DNA of 64,000 nucleotides from Leucoraja ocellata. Lineage: Eukaryota. Location: NCBI GenBank assembly GCA_036785375.1, contig JAWMAR010000028.1, positions 11,966,001 to 12,030,000 on the forward strand, read 5' to 3'. Both the position numbers and the translations under genes were made by a program. The notes below the pieces were generated by a model, which was not told the origin of the DNA, ran no database searches, and worked only from the letters and a program-made list of their open reading frames with translations. Positions 52,209 through 64,000 of the stretch are shown here, one piece after another. The stretch's first letter is position 1, and each line of letters starts with the position of its first letter.

Positions 52209-52873
52209 ATATATCCCCTGCTCTGTCAGAAAAATCAGCTCTACATTCCCAAGCAAGGAAGATAAAGGGAGTTTCAAAATATTTGAAATTGTTATTTGCA
52301 GTCCTAGCAATCCAATGTCCTACATATTCCCATATGGATTAGGACTGCTGAAAGCTGTGTATTAAATTTGTCCTTTTTAGTAGCTAGTATTGGGTTCTTT
52401 TATTTAAAAATTTTGGTTGAAGAAACAAAGTATTAGGTTGTCGGTGCAACCATGTTTTGGAAACACTGGAGGAAAAATAAGGAAGCAATGCAATAAAATA
52501 AAAGCTGTCTGATTGTTCAAGGTTCTTTGCATTATAAACTTCAGGAAAGATCAATGGGTTAGCTCAGCGTGTAGTTTTAAAGCAGTCTATTCATCATAAA
52601 CTCTTTGGTCTTTATTACACTGTTGTGTAATCAGGGTTCTGTATCAGTAGCAAGATTGGACTTGTTACTTCCAGACATGCCCTGTGTAATGGCAAAGGTC
52701 AACGAAACAGGAAACCCCCTAACTGCACAATGAAATAGATAACCCAATAGTAGTCAGGGAGCCTGCCTTTTGCTGCCTACGTTTACAGCAGACACATGGT
52801 TTTGTTCACACTCTTAATGAAATACATCCCACTCCTGTAATTAGATGGATTCGTGTTGTGCAGGATTGCTCAC

Positions 52874-52981
52874 CTAAAGAATGTGCTGCTGTAGTTTTCG
52901 AACTAAAAAACCTGCCCAAGCCGAGATCTCCCAGCTTTACTACTCCTGTTGCTGTAATGAACACATTAGCTGGTTTTATAT
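52874..52981 (-). CDS. NEK7: NEK7 coding exon ([37 protein letters not shown]), 108 bp
   Basis: Encodes the catalytic loop DIKPAN, the NEK6/7-specific DLG (in place of DFG) and the activation loop. Acceptor ttgcag, donor gtgag, phase 1 to 1. Confidence 0.97.
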
Positions 52982-53483
52982 CTGCAAGAGAACAGAAAGA
53001 TCACATACATTTTGACGTTACTATTTTATGACACAAGAAATATTTCTCCACAAGAGAACTGAAACAAGGGTGTGAATGATAACATACTTTCTTCTTGTTA
53101 CTATATTTGCAACAAGAATTATTTCTCCACATCATGGATTTACACGATGTTTTCACACAAAGAAAGCAAATTTGGCATTTTCTAAAAACAGTGGGAAATG
53201 GGAGAATGATTGTTTCAAGTTGGGACCTTTCTTCAGACACAATGATACACCTTTATCTGGGCAGTTGCGGATAAGTCTGAAGGAGGGTCCCAACCCGAAA
53301 AGTTGCCTGTCCACATTCTCCAGAGATGCCGCCTGACCCACTGGGTTATTCGCTTAGCTTCTTTTTCTGGCTTTATGTAAAATAGTGCAGTTGTTCCAAT
53401 GCTCCTTGCCTGTAGCCGAGTAGATTATTATCCCTTTGCGCCTATTCAATTCCCCTTTCCTTTCCACAAGACATCAGATTATA

Positions 53484-54188
53484 GAGTGATTTCACGAAAG
53501 GTCACTGGGTCATAGGTCTTCACGCACGGAGCCGCAAAATCCAACTGGGGTATATACGTCGCTTCCGGTACATGTTATTGATGCTAGAAACGCGTACTTT
53601 CAAACCTGTTAAAAACCGCTAAAACGGTTAGTTTTTGCGCTGTAAATAACTGCAAGTCGGGGTGACCGTGAGACACAGCTATCCTACTTTAGAGTTCCAA
53701 AGATTAAGAAAAATGAAGGTAAAGAGAAGAGAGAGCTGAAGGGAAAGTAACAGCGGAAGTTGTTGGCCGTGCAGATATAAAGATAGAAAATATCGGGAAT
53801 TATCGCGTTTGCTCACTGCATTTCATCAAAACTAAGGCATTATTGATGTTTTGATGAAATGCAGTGAGCAGTATCCCGATATTTTCTATCTTTATATCTG
53901 CACGGCCAACAACTTCCGCTGTTATTTTCCCTTCAGCTCTCTCTTCTCTTTACCTTCATTTTTCTTAATCTTTGGAACTCTAAAGTAAGATAGCTGTGTC
54001 TCACGGTCACCCCGACTTGCAGTTATTTACAGCGCAAAAACTAACCGTTTTTGCGTTTTTTAACAGGTTTGAAAGTACACGTTTCTAGCATTAATAACAT
54101 GTACCGGAAGTGACGTATGTACCCCAGTTGGATTTTGCGGCTCCGTGCGTGAAGACCTATGACCCAGTGACCTTTCGTGAAATCACCC
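53484..54188. mobile_element. Foldback/MITE with ~345-bp inverted arms, TATA flanks, GAG...CCC ends (Sola2-like, tentative)
   Basis: tata|gagtgatttcacgaaaggtcactgggtcatagg ... cctatgacccagtgacctttcgtgaaatcaccc|tata. Centre near 53836, no ORF. Confidence 0.85.
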
Positions 54189-54799
54189 TATATCCACTAT
54201 GTAAAAATGTTTACCCCTAGTATTTGCCTAGATTTTATGCTCAGGATTATACTAACATGCTGCAGTGTTAAAGGATCGTTGCTATTGCTTCCTTTTGAAC
54301 TGCCTCAAAATTATTTTTCTTCTAACCATATTTTCTGCCATTGCTGAAAACCTCTGCCTGATGTTGCCGAGATTGCAATTCCTCTTTCATAAGGGAGCAC
54401 ACTAACCAGTGCCCAAGCTGAAATAGAGATCATGGATAGGAGCTGTTATCTACTTTGCATAGACCGCACTGAAAAAAGGATCAGTAAAATATTAATTATT
54501 GGTTGGCTGGCACGTTTTGGTTGGCGCAGACTCAATGGGTACAATGGCCTCCTTTGTTTTTATAAATTTTTCCTGAATCTGCAAATAACTCAAAGGATGG
54601 GACATTTCCAAACTTCATCAAACTCTCGTCCTTCACAATGTTGGCCTTATAATAAAATTGTCAGAGTGATATTGGTAAATTCTGTCAATTACCTACTTAA
54701 GGAATCTAATCTTATTATACTTTCTTTTCTTTCATGAGGACAAGAGCTTATTTTCTTTCATGAGGACAAGGTATTCCATTTTTTAATTAAAGTGAATGG

Positions 54800-55230
54800 A
54801 GTCGACATCGGAAAAGGCTCTTTGGTCCACAATGTCTGTGCCGAACATGAAGCCAAATTAAACTAATCTCATCGGCCTGCACATAATCCATATCACTCCA
54901 TTCCCTGCATATTCTTTCATGTGCCTGTCTAAAACCCTCAAACACCACGATCGTATTTGCTTCCACCACCACCCCCGGTAACACATTCCAGGGACTCCCT
55001 GTGTCAAAGGACTGGTCCGGCACATCTCCATTGGATGTTCATTTTCTGACCTTAAAGATATGCCCTCCAGGCTTTGACATTTCCACCCTTGGATAAAAAT
55101 TCCGATCCTTTGTTCCTGATTCGCATCTACTCTATCTATGCCTCCCATCATTTTCTATATACTTCTAATGGTCTCCCATCAGCTTCTGATGCTCCAGAGA
55201 AAACAATCCAAGTTTGCCCAACTTCTCCTT
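54800..55230 (-). mobile_element. Degenerate CR1 3' fragment
   Basis: MMGGIDRVDA and WNVLPGVVVEA remnants. Confidence 0.6.
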
Positions 55231-55662
55231 AACTCCATATTAGTGACATTATAAAACCATAACCCTTTTCACAAGGTTTTCCCTGAGCTGTCTATCTTCT
55301 CAGAGGCTGCCAGGACACTCCAAATCATGTATGACATGCCCTCCCTAATTAAAGCGGTAAGGAGGAGAAAAGCTTGACTTAATTGAAGTTTAGAACTGCA
55401 CAGTGTGGAAGCAGTTACAATTGATTTGTCAGGATTTGAAAGAGGAAGAAATCAGATGAAATGTGTTGGCTGTGGCCCACTGTTTTGATCAGAACTTTGT
55501 GTTCACTTGCTCAAACTGAAGTGAAGCCCACACTTTTGCACACACAACAGGAACACTATTAGTCCAGGATTGACATTTGTGTGGTTCTCACCATGAAAAT
55601 ACTGCCAACTCTGGTGGGCTTAGAGCAGGAATGCTCAACAGCTTTATACAACCAGAGATCCA

Positions 55663-56104
55663 CACATCACAGTATGGTATGGCAACTGCTCTGTCTCCGA
55701 CCGGAAGGCATTGCAGAGGGTGGTGAAAATTGCCCAACGCATCACCGGTTCTTCGCTCCCCTCCATTGAGTCTGTCCAAAGCAAGCGCTGTCTGCGGAGG
55801 GCGCTCAGCATCGCCAAGGACTGCTCTCACCCCAACCATGGACTGTTTACCCTCCTACCATCCGGGAGGCGCTACAGGTCTCTCCTTTGCCGAAACAGCA
55901 GGTCGAGGAACAGCTTCTTTCCGGCGGCTGTCACTCTACTCAACAACGTAACTCGGTGACTGCCAATCACCACCCCCCCCCGGACACTTATTATTATTTA
56001 TTCAAATCGTTTGCTATGTCGCTCTTCCAGGGAGATGCTAAATGCATTTCGTTGTCTCTGTACTGTACACTGACAATGACAATTAAAATTGAATCTGAAT
56101 CTGA
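55663..56104 (+). mobile_element. Rex1/Babar LINE 3' fragment
   Basis: Translates ITVWYGNC...QRVVKIAQRITG...HPNHGLFTLLPSGRRYRS...NSFFPAAV. Tail (gaatct)n. Confidence 0.85.
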
Positions 56105-56697
56105 AGTAGTAAAGCCCATCAAACTAACTATTTGGCCTTTGGAGCCCTGTTTATACTACACGTATGCCAGTGCAGCTTGAATCTCCTTTATAAAACAAAT
56201 GTTTTTCTTTTAGTCAAACAGAATATGCAGCAAGAAGGATTTAACATTGCTTTAAATTAACAAGATAAGTTTTAACATCCACAGTGAGATCAATACATTG
56301 GTCAATTCTTCATGAGCAAACTAAATAAATCAGCTACTGCCATGTGTGTTCCTGCGTTATTTATTATAAACTATAATACAATGCAGAATAAAATGCTTCT
56401 GGTTTCTTTTCACTTGTCTAAACCTCAAAATCCTTTCCTCCCACATTATCTACATTTGTTCACCAACTCCTCCATAATCTTTCCACTAATTATCAGCGAT
56501 TCTACCACTGGCATTGGAAAGAGCTGATTGAACTAAAAGGATTGATATCTACCCGCATGTCAGTTGGGCTCCACTAGCTGCTTTTGTCCTTTCTGCAGAA
56601 TTTGTTGGAGATGTGGACCATTCCAATAACTCAATTCCCAGTGTTAAGACCTTGTCAGCATAAAGATTTAAAGTCTAGCATTACGTATATACGATAC

Positions 56698-56806
56698 CTC
56701 TGTGCATGACACGCCGAGAATGCATGTGTTCCAAGGCACTGCAAAGTTGAACAAAGTATTTCCATATTGTTCTTTCTGGAATCAGCCGCTTTTGTTTCTT
56801 AAAATG
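56698..56806 (-). CDS. NEK7: NEK7 coding exon ([37 protein letters not shown]), 109 bp
   Basis: Minus-strand translation matches the NEK6/7 kinase core up to the HRD motif. AG acceptor at 56808-56807, GT donor at 56697-56696, phase 0 to 1. Confidence 0.96.
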
Positions 56807-56964
56807 CTGTAACAATACCAAATAGGACCATAAATGGCATGCTATTATAATTTGGATAATACTGAAATAATAATATTAATTCACATAGCAATGTAAAGAA
56901 AATCCCTTTTCGGAAACAGTTTCTATTGGAAACAAATACTCTTGAAGTGAATAATTGACATTGG

Positions 56965-57150
56965 GTTTAGTTTAGTTTAGAGATAGAGTGTAAACAGGTC
57001 CTTCGCCCCGTCCACACTGACCACCAATCACCCCTACACTACTTCTATGTTATCCCACTTTCTATCCTATACACACCCATACACTAGTAATTACAGAATC
57101 CAATTAACCTGCAAACCTGCATGTCTTTGGCATGTGGGAGGAAACCAGAG
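56965..57150 (-). mobile_element. HE1-type V-SINE 3' half
   Basis: Reverse complement of tail and V-domain end. Confidence 0.7.
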
Positions 57151-57889
57151 GTAGTATAGATTGATACATTGGCAGTCATCTGTGACAATGTGAGATGAGG
57201 CTGGAATTGCTAATTGTATTAAATTATTGAATTAATTCATCCACTTCTCCCCGTAATACCACACTTTCCACTATGAGGCAGGACCAATATAACAAGTAAA
57301 CTTAATACCACCTGCTGAAACTCTTGCTTCAGTTTTCTGGACAAAAAATTAAGATCAGGTTTGCCTTTAATATATTGCCACATATCGCTTTTGTTGTTTC
57401 ACGGTATAAAAACCCATTCAATCCAACCTCAATTTCTGTAGACAAATTCTGGCCGTGATATTTAGAATGCTTTCTATTTCACATATCATTGCTCTACCCA
57501 ATGTAAACATGTACAAATATCTTCTGATATTCTATTCATTAGTCCATTTCTTCCCCAAAACGACCAAAATTGCATGCATCATTTGTAGGTTAATTTTCCT
57601 CTTTCCCTAAGGTTTGCAATGTGTTCTAGTTCGAATTTGCAGCTGATGTATTTCTGTAGACATTAAAACTCTCTTCAAGACATGTTTCCACACACACACA
57701 CTTCCTCTTCTTTGAGTGTCACATTGGCCCGGGCTACTGGATATTTGTCAGCTTTCCCTGCAGGCACTTCAACACGAATCAAACAGGTGTTGCCACTTCT
57801 TCCAAAATTGAATGTTTCTCATTTTTCATTTAATTTCCGCATCATATTTTATATTCTGTCATGCATTATGTACTTCAATCCCTTCATTC

Positions 57890-58430
57890 TGTGATTTGAG
57901 CTCCTCGCTTTAATTTTTGACAACCATCTTCGCTATCTACAATACCATCCACTTTTGTATCATCCGCAAAATTTGCCAATCCTCCCTGTACGTTCTCATT
58001 CAAATCATTGATATAAATGACAAACGGCAATGGGCCTAACACCATAACCTTGAGGAACACAGGCCTCCAGTCTGATAAACAACCTTCCATCGTCACCCTT
58101 TGCTTCCTTCCATGAAGCCAATGTTCTATCCAGTTGGCTTTCTCCCCTTGGATCCCATGTGATCTAACCTTTCACAGCAGCCTACCATGCTGAACCTTGT
58201 CAAATGCCTTGCTGAAATCCATATATACAACATTTACAGCTTTGCCATCATCAACCTTATGGGTCACATCTTCAAAAAACCCAGATTCGTGAGACACGAT
58301 CTCCAATGTACAAAACCGCCCTTGTCCATCTAAACGCATGTATATCTTATTCCTCAGAATACTCTCTGGTACCTTTCTGACCACAGATGTTAGACCCACT
58401 GGCCTGTAGCTCCCAGGCCTTTCCTTGAAC
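57890..58430 (-). mobile_element. CR1 LINE reverse transcriptase fragment
   Basis: PGSYRPVGLTSVV...VYMDFSKAFDKVQHGRL, LGPLPFVIYINDL, FADDTK. Confidence 0.9.
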
Positions 58431-58959
58431 AAATAACAATTGGGTTATCAACGCCTGAGGAGTCCTGGTCTGTTTGTCCAAGCCCAATGTTGGGGCACCA
58501 TCCCAATACCCTCCATACCAATCCCTGGGTTCCCCTCTCTGTATTCTCCAACATTACTTTTCGGACATCTACATCAAAAATACTTATGGAATAGCATTGC
58601 CATAATGGAATACTATGATAACTGGGTTGGACATCTTTTCAAATAATCGGACAGCAAACTTCTACAAGTTAAAACTGATGACAGTGACATTGATGACATT
58701 GTAACGTGTAGGAATCTGACAAGAGCAAAAATAATCTTGCAATAATTAACAATGACAGAGGCAAGCTGGGAAGCTGATTTGTTGTTAATGTTGTAATATT
58801 TCTTTTGAAAAATCTCACAATATGCATGGGATTAACGGAACCACTTGGTTTTAGAGGTAGCAAAGTACATGCTTTTATTTTATACAAAAAGGAATAAGAC
58901 TCAATAATGATCAAATATATCTTTAGAATTAGAATTGCAGTCCGACGAAGGGTTTCACC

Positions 58960-59032
58960 TCTGCATGTAAAGCACTTTGGCCAACGAGAGTTGTTTTTTG
59001 AATGTGCTATATAAATAAATGTGACGACTTGA
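58960..59032 (+). mobile_element. L2-type 3' tail inserted within a Penelope terminus
   Basis: tgtaaagcactttggccaac...gttgttt..aatgtgctatataaataaa, lying between ccgacgaagggtttcacc and ctattccttttctcca. Confidence 0.6.
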
Positions 59033-60155
59033 CTATTCCTTTTCTCCAAAGGTTGTGCCTAACCCACTGAGTTACTCTAGCACTCAGTGATACGTCGCCT
59101 ATCCATGTTCTCCAGAGCTGCTGCCTGACCCGCTGAGTTACTCTAGTATTTTGTGTCTATCTTCAGAAATACACATCTGGACTTCCATGACATGCAGTAA
59201 ATGCCAGCAAAATGATATGATTGGGGAGGGGGGGGGGGGGGGGGGGGGGGTGGTATAATCTAAATACTATGTAAAAAATACCAAATATAATGCTTCTACT
59301 CTTTCAAAAGTGATATCAGACCACCGCAGACCAGCAGTCAAGTTTTGCCTCCCAGATGCGTTCTGCTGTGGTTTACATGTAAATTGTTGGTCAGCTGCTC
59401 TTCTCACGTTTCAAATACAATTCTAAGAAAGAAAGTTTTGGCATCCATCCAAAATGAGGCTTTGCATCTATTCTTCCCAAGGCTGCATTTACATATCAGA
59501 GGCTTGTTTGATGTTGGGAGGGTAAGGATATGAAACAGCTTTCTTTTCAGGAGGTGTACTCTATATAACATGTACAGCCAAATGAAAAAAAAACAAATGT
59601 ATAAAAATTGCCATTTCGATTGAGACTGGAACAAAGGATTCTAAACAAAAATTGTGTAAAATAATATTGCATGGAATACGAAAGCAAATACTGCAATAGG
59701 AGGATGGAATACAATCCTATATAAAAGAGGATTAATGCCATTAGCAGGAATTAAAATTAAGTTCTGCAAATGATACCGGAGTATCATCAAGGGTTTCAAG
59801 AGTAATATCAACAAAACAAATGACTGGAGGCTGGATATTTTACAACTATTACAGCTACCGTGCTTCCGTAAAGTTTGGGACACAGACCCATCATTTATTT
59901 ATGTGCCTCTGTACTCCACAATTTGAGATTTGTAATAGAAAAAAAATTACATGTGGTTAAAGTGCACATTGTCAGATTTTATTAAAGGGTATTTTTATAC
60001 ATTTTAGTTTCACCATGTAGAGAATATAGCTGTGTTGATACATAGTCCCCCCCCCCCCATTTCAGGGCACAATAATGTTTGGGACACATGGCTTCACAGG
60101 CATTGTAATTGCTCAGGTGTGTTTAATTGCCTCCTTAATGCAGGTATAAGAGTGG

Positions 60156-60580
60156 TCTGTGGATTGTCACCTTGTCGTGGTGTTGAAGCTTGTGTGGACC
60201 TGAGATGCTGAGAGTGTTGCCGTGTGGAGCTATGCTCCTGGTAGGGGCCTCCCATGGTGGTAAGGTCGAGGGGGAGGTCTCTGACAAAGAGCAATCCAAC
60301 CAAGACGTCAACGGTGGAACAGGCGGAGGATGATGACTGACCTTCGTGGAGCGTCACAATGGCTGAGAAGGCAGTTGAAGGCTGCAGCAGTAAAGGGTCT
60401 CCGGTTGTCTTGGACTACATGCCACTAGATCCTGACCCAGATCTGTCAAGGACCGTGGGGTGGCTGTCTGTGCACCAGTCTTCCCACGTTAACAAAGTCA
60501 CTCACAGGCATCCTCCATATAGGGAATAGCACACTGGAGACACCCATGGTCAGCCATGACTGAAGAGGGCCTAAGAAAAG
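60156..60580 (+). mobile_element. Second RTE-derived short element, nested in Tc1
   Basis: Aligns by eye to 37865-38190 and then has a different 3' end. Interrupts the Tc1 5' region between gtataagag and ctctcagcacc. Confidence 0.75.
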
Positions 60581-61699
60581 ACCTCTCAGCACCTAGTCTT
60601 TCCACCAGTCTTTCCATCACCTTTGGAAACTTTCATTGCTGTTTATCAACATGAGGACCAAAGTTGTGCCAATGAAAGTCAACGAAGCCATTATGAGACT
60701 GAGAAACAAGAATAAAACTGTTGGAGACATCAGTCAAACCTTAGGCTTACCAAAATCAACTGTTTGGAACACCATTAAGAAGAAAGAGAGCACTGGTGAG
60801 CTTAATAATCGCTAAGGGACTGGCAGGCCAAGAAAGACCTCCACAGCTGATGACAGAAGAATTCTCTCTATGATAAAGAAAAAACTCCCCAAACACCTAT
60901 CCGACAGATCAGAAACACTCTTCAGGGGTCAGGTGTGGATTTGTCAATGACCACTGACCACAGAGACTTCATGAACAGAAATACAGAGGCTACACTACAA
61001 GATGCAAACCACTGGTTAGCCGCATAAATAGGATGGCCGGGTTACAGTTTGCCAAGAAGTACTTAAAAGAGCAACCACAGTTCTGGAAAAAGGTCTTGTA
61101 GACAAATGAAACGAAGATTGACTTATAGCAACGTGATAGCAAGAGCAAAGTATGGAGGAGAGAAGGAACTGCCCAAGATCCAAAGCATACCACCTCATCT
61201 GTGAAACACAGTGGTGGGGGTGTTATGGCCTGGGCATGTATGAAGGTACTGGCTCACTTATCTTCATTGATGATACAACTGCTGATGGTAGAATTCTGAA
61301 GTGCATGGACACATCCTATCTGCTCAAGTTCAAACAAATGCCTCAAAACTCATTGGCCGGCAGTTCATTCTACAGCAAGACAATGATCCCAAACATACTG
61401 CTAAAGCAACACAGGAGGTTTTAAAAGATTAAAAAATGGTCAATTCTTGAGTGGCCAAGTCAATCATCCGATCTGAACCCAATTGACCATGCCTTTTATA
61501 TGCTGAAGAGAAAACTGAAGGGGACTAGCCCTCAAAACAAGCAGAAGCTAAAGGGCTGCAAAACAGGCCTGGCACAGCATCACCAGAGAAGACACCCAGC
61601 AAATGTGATGTCCATGAATCACAGACTTCAAGCAGTCATTGCATGCAAAGGATATGCAACAAATTACTAAACATGACTACTTTCATTTACATGACAATT

Positions 61700-62538
61700 T
61701 TCCAAGATGGTGGCGCTGCCTTAGCAGCTGCGGCTCGCCTGCCGTCCGTCTGTTTTTTTTCTTTTTTGTGTTGTTCTTTTGTCCTGTTTTAGTTATTTTT
61801 TGGTTTATTGGGTTGTGTATGTGTGTGGGTAAGGGGAGAAACATGTTTTGGTCTCTTCCTTCGGGGGGATGCGACTTCTCTTGTCATATCCCCCATCTCC
61901 GCCTGCGCCGAGGCCTAATAGCGGGCGATGGGGCAGCGGTCCAGCCGCAGCAGTCCGACTCCGGTGCTGTGGTGTTCCGACAGTAGCGGCGACACGGCCT
62001 TGGAGCAGGGGCAGCGGCGACACCGCCTCGGAGCTGGGCAGTGTTCCGGTGGCAGCGGCCACCCGACCCGACCGCGGGCCCAGTGGACGACATCGTTGGG
62101 AGCTCGCAGGTCAGAGGTTGGTGACCTGTTCTCCTGAGCTCCCGCAACAACAGCTGCGTCTGCTGGACTGGAAGGCCACAGCTTCGGCAGCTTCAACCAC
62201 CCCGGGGCACGGAGTTGAACCGGCCCGTTCACGGAGCTCGGAATCAGCCGCGGGACTGACATTACTTACCATCGCCCGGCAGGGTCACAACATCTGAAGC
62301 CTGGATTGCCTCGGCGCAGAGGGAGAATAAGAAGGGATGAAACAAAGACTTAAAGACTTTTGGCTTCCATCACAGTGAGGAGGTGCCTGGTGAACTCACT
62401 GTGGTGGATTCTAATTTGTGTTTATTGTATGTTTTTGTCAATTTTACTATATGCAGGACTGCAAGGCAACAACATTTTGTTCAGACTGCAAGGTCTGAAT
62501 GACAATAAAGGCTACTTTGACTTTTGACTTTGACTTTG
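61700..62538 (+). mobile_element. GC-rich non-autonomous retroelement (copy E), nested in Tc1
   Basis: Starts ccaagatggtggcgctg, tail (gacttt)n. Splits the Tc1 sequence catgaca|ttgctgtgtccc. Confidence 0.75.
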
Positions 62539-63734
62539 CTGTGTCCCAAACACTATGGTGCCCTGAAATGGGGGGGGTGACTATGTATAAATATTGCTGT
62601 AATTTCTACATGGTGAAACCAAAATGTATAAAAATGGCCTTTATTTAAATCTGACAATGTGCACTTTAACCACATGTGATTTGTTCTATTTCAAATCTTA
62701 AATTGTGGAGTACAGAGGCAAATAAATAAATGATGGGTCTTTGTCACAAACATTACGGAGGGGGCTGTATAAATACAAAAGAACAGATAATTAATGGATG
62801 CTTACATTTTAGCTTTGGGTGTTACATCAATACAGCAATATGAACCTGTAGAAAATATAAAGCTCAAGATTCCAACACTAACCTTCCTATTCAACCACAT
62901 CGACTAATGACTCTTAGTTAACTGGAAATTATTCAACTAGTATAACCTTGATGGTGGGGTCTGCAGCCTGCATTAAACACATTTGGATTCACCAAATCCC
63001 TTCTACTTTAATTGGGATTAAATGTTAATGTAGGCTGTTATTATAATGCATGTCTAAAATTAACAAAGTTGCTTCTATTCTTGATGCATATTATTTTGGA
63101 AACAACATGGAGATTATAACCCGATGGATATTTTGATATTATATTTAATGACATGATGCCTGCAATTTTCATGTATAGAACCTAGAAAAATAATTCTTCT
63201 CTGTGATCATAAAGATTTATGCATAGAGGAAGTATTTTCCTGCAAATTTAACATAGCTCAGTTATTTTTGATATAGAATATGTGCCCAACAAGCAGCCGC
63301 ACCAGTACTGTATATGATTTGAAGCATATACATTAAAAAACATTACTATCTGAATATATAGTGAGCCTAAACATTGCTGGACTATTGCGATTCAGCAATT
63401 GTGCTGCCTGCCGACAATAGAAATTAATAACCTGACACTCAGATAACTGGTTTGGATGCAAGAGTCAACTGTTAAGCAAAGTGAAATTTATGGATCTGCA
63501 AAAAGAGATTTATTTTTTGCATTTAAAAAAAAGTGAATGCATTTTATTCATAAAATTACATTTTATTTGCTATCTTTTTATCTGAAGAAATACTGAGCAA
63601 GGCTGGTTTAAGATGGCTCTTGACATGTGGGAGCACTCTCTTCACAAAATTATGCTAGAAAATAAGCAATTTTCAATGCAGCAGCTGTCTTGCAGGCATC
63701 AAACTACGGCAAATATAAAAGGAGAATAAAAGAG

Positions 63735-64000
63735 ACCTTAGATAGACACAAAAAGCTGGAATAACTCAGCAGGACAGGCAGCATCTCTGGAGAGAAGGAT
63801 TGGGAGACTTCAGGTCGAGACCCTTCTTCAGACTGGTTAGGGATAAGGGAAACGAGAGATATTGACGGTGATGTGGAAAGAAAGAATGAAAGATAAACAA
63901 AAAAAGGCAATTAAAGATATGCAAAATGGTAACGATGATAAAAGAAACAGGCCATTTCCAGCTGTTTGTATGGTGAAATTGAGAATCTAGTACAACTTGG
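63735..64000 (-). mobile_element. Penelope 3'UTR/pLTR, running off the window end
   Basis: Minus strand reads aaccagtctgaagaagggtctcgacctgaa...gatgctgcctgtcctgctgagttattccagc. Confidence 0.7.

Larger units (their letters stand above)
59858..62767 (+). mobile_element. Tc1 DNA transposon (same family), near full length, pseudogenised, with two nested insertions
   Basis: TA-flanked TIRs of ~220 bp. Transposase remnant at ~60651-61670 includes QQDNDPKH and SQSSDLNPI. Inserts at 60156-60580 and 61700-62538. Confidence 0.92.

Noticed and set aside
54725-54770. 20-bp direct repeat ttttctttcatgaggacaag x2
   Set aside because: Simple local duplication with two units only. Not a CRISPR or other array.
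59223-59252. Poly-G runs as G-quadruplexes (also 1555, 11130, 24377, 26076, 40642)
   Set aside because: Homopolymer expansions, mostly inside TEs and error-prone in assembly. No functional evidence.
63065-63105. Minus-strand stretch resembling NEK7 KYYASFIE (next upstream exon)
   Set aside because: In-frame stop, no flanking similarity and no splice sites. The true exon must lie beyond the window.

Overview
Eukaryotic vertebrate genomic DNA, almost certainly from a cartilaginous fish (skate or ray), judged by HE1-type V-SINEs, HER1/CR1 LINE fragments and elasmobranch-style Penelope termini. The only host gene I can support is the 3' part of NEK7 on the minus strand: five coding exons (56698-56806, 52874-52981, 42525-42619, 21968-22081, 17961-18071) with canonical GT-AG sites and matching phases. 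Its 5' exons lie beyond position 64000 and a long AT-rich 3'UTR probably runs below 17960. The rest is intronic or intergenic and TE-rich: two IR/DR Tc1 copies (one with two nested retroelements), a Penelope GIY-YIG fragment, many short Penelope-terminus elements with hammerhead-like cores, a ~705-bp foldback element, a Harbinger-type MITE, CR1, Rex1, Crack, L2 and RTE-derived pieces, and a 377-N gap. The most notable observations are (1) palindromic hammerhead-like Penelope-terminus units flanked by 12-18 bp TSDs, (2) a GC-rich non-tRNA short retroelement family with interchangeable Rex1-type tails, (3) an RTE-5'-derived element with a pseudoknot-like fold and swapped 3' ends, and (4) TE-free motif-dense blocks that may be enhancers. 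TE boundaries are approximate unless TSDs or TIRs are quoted. Family names come from remembered sequences, not from database searches.
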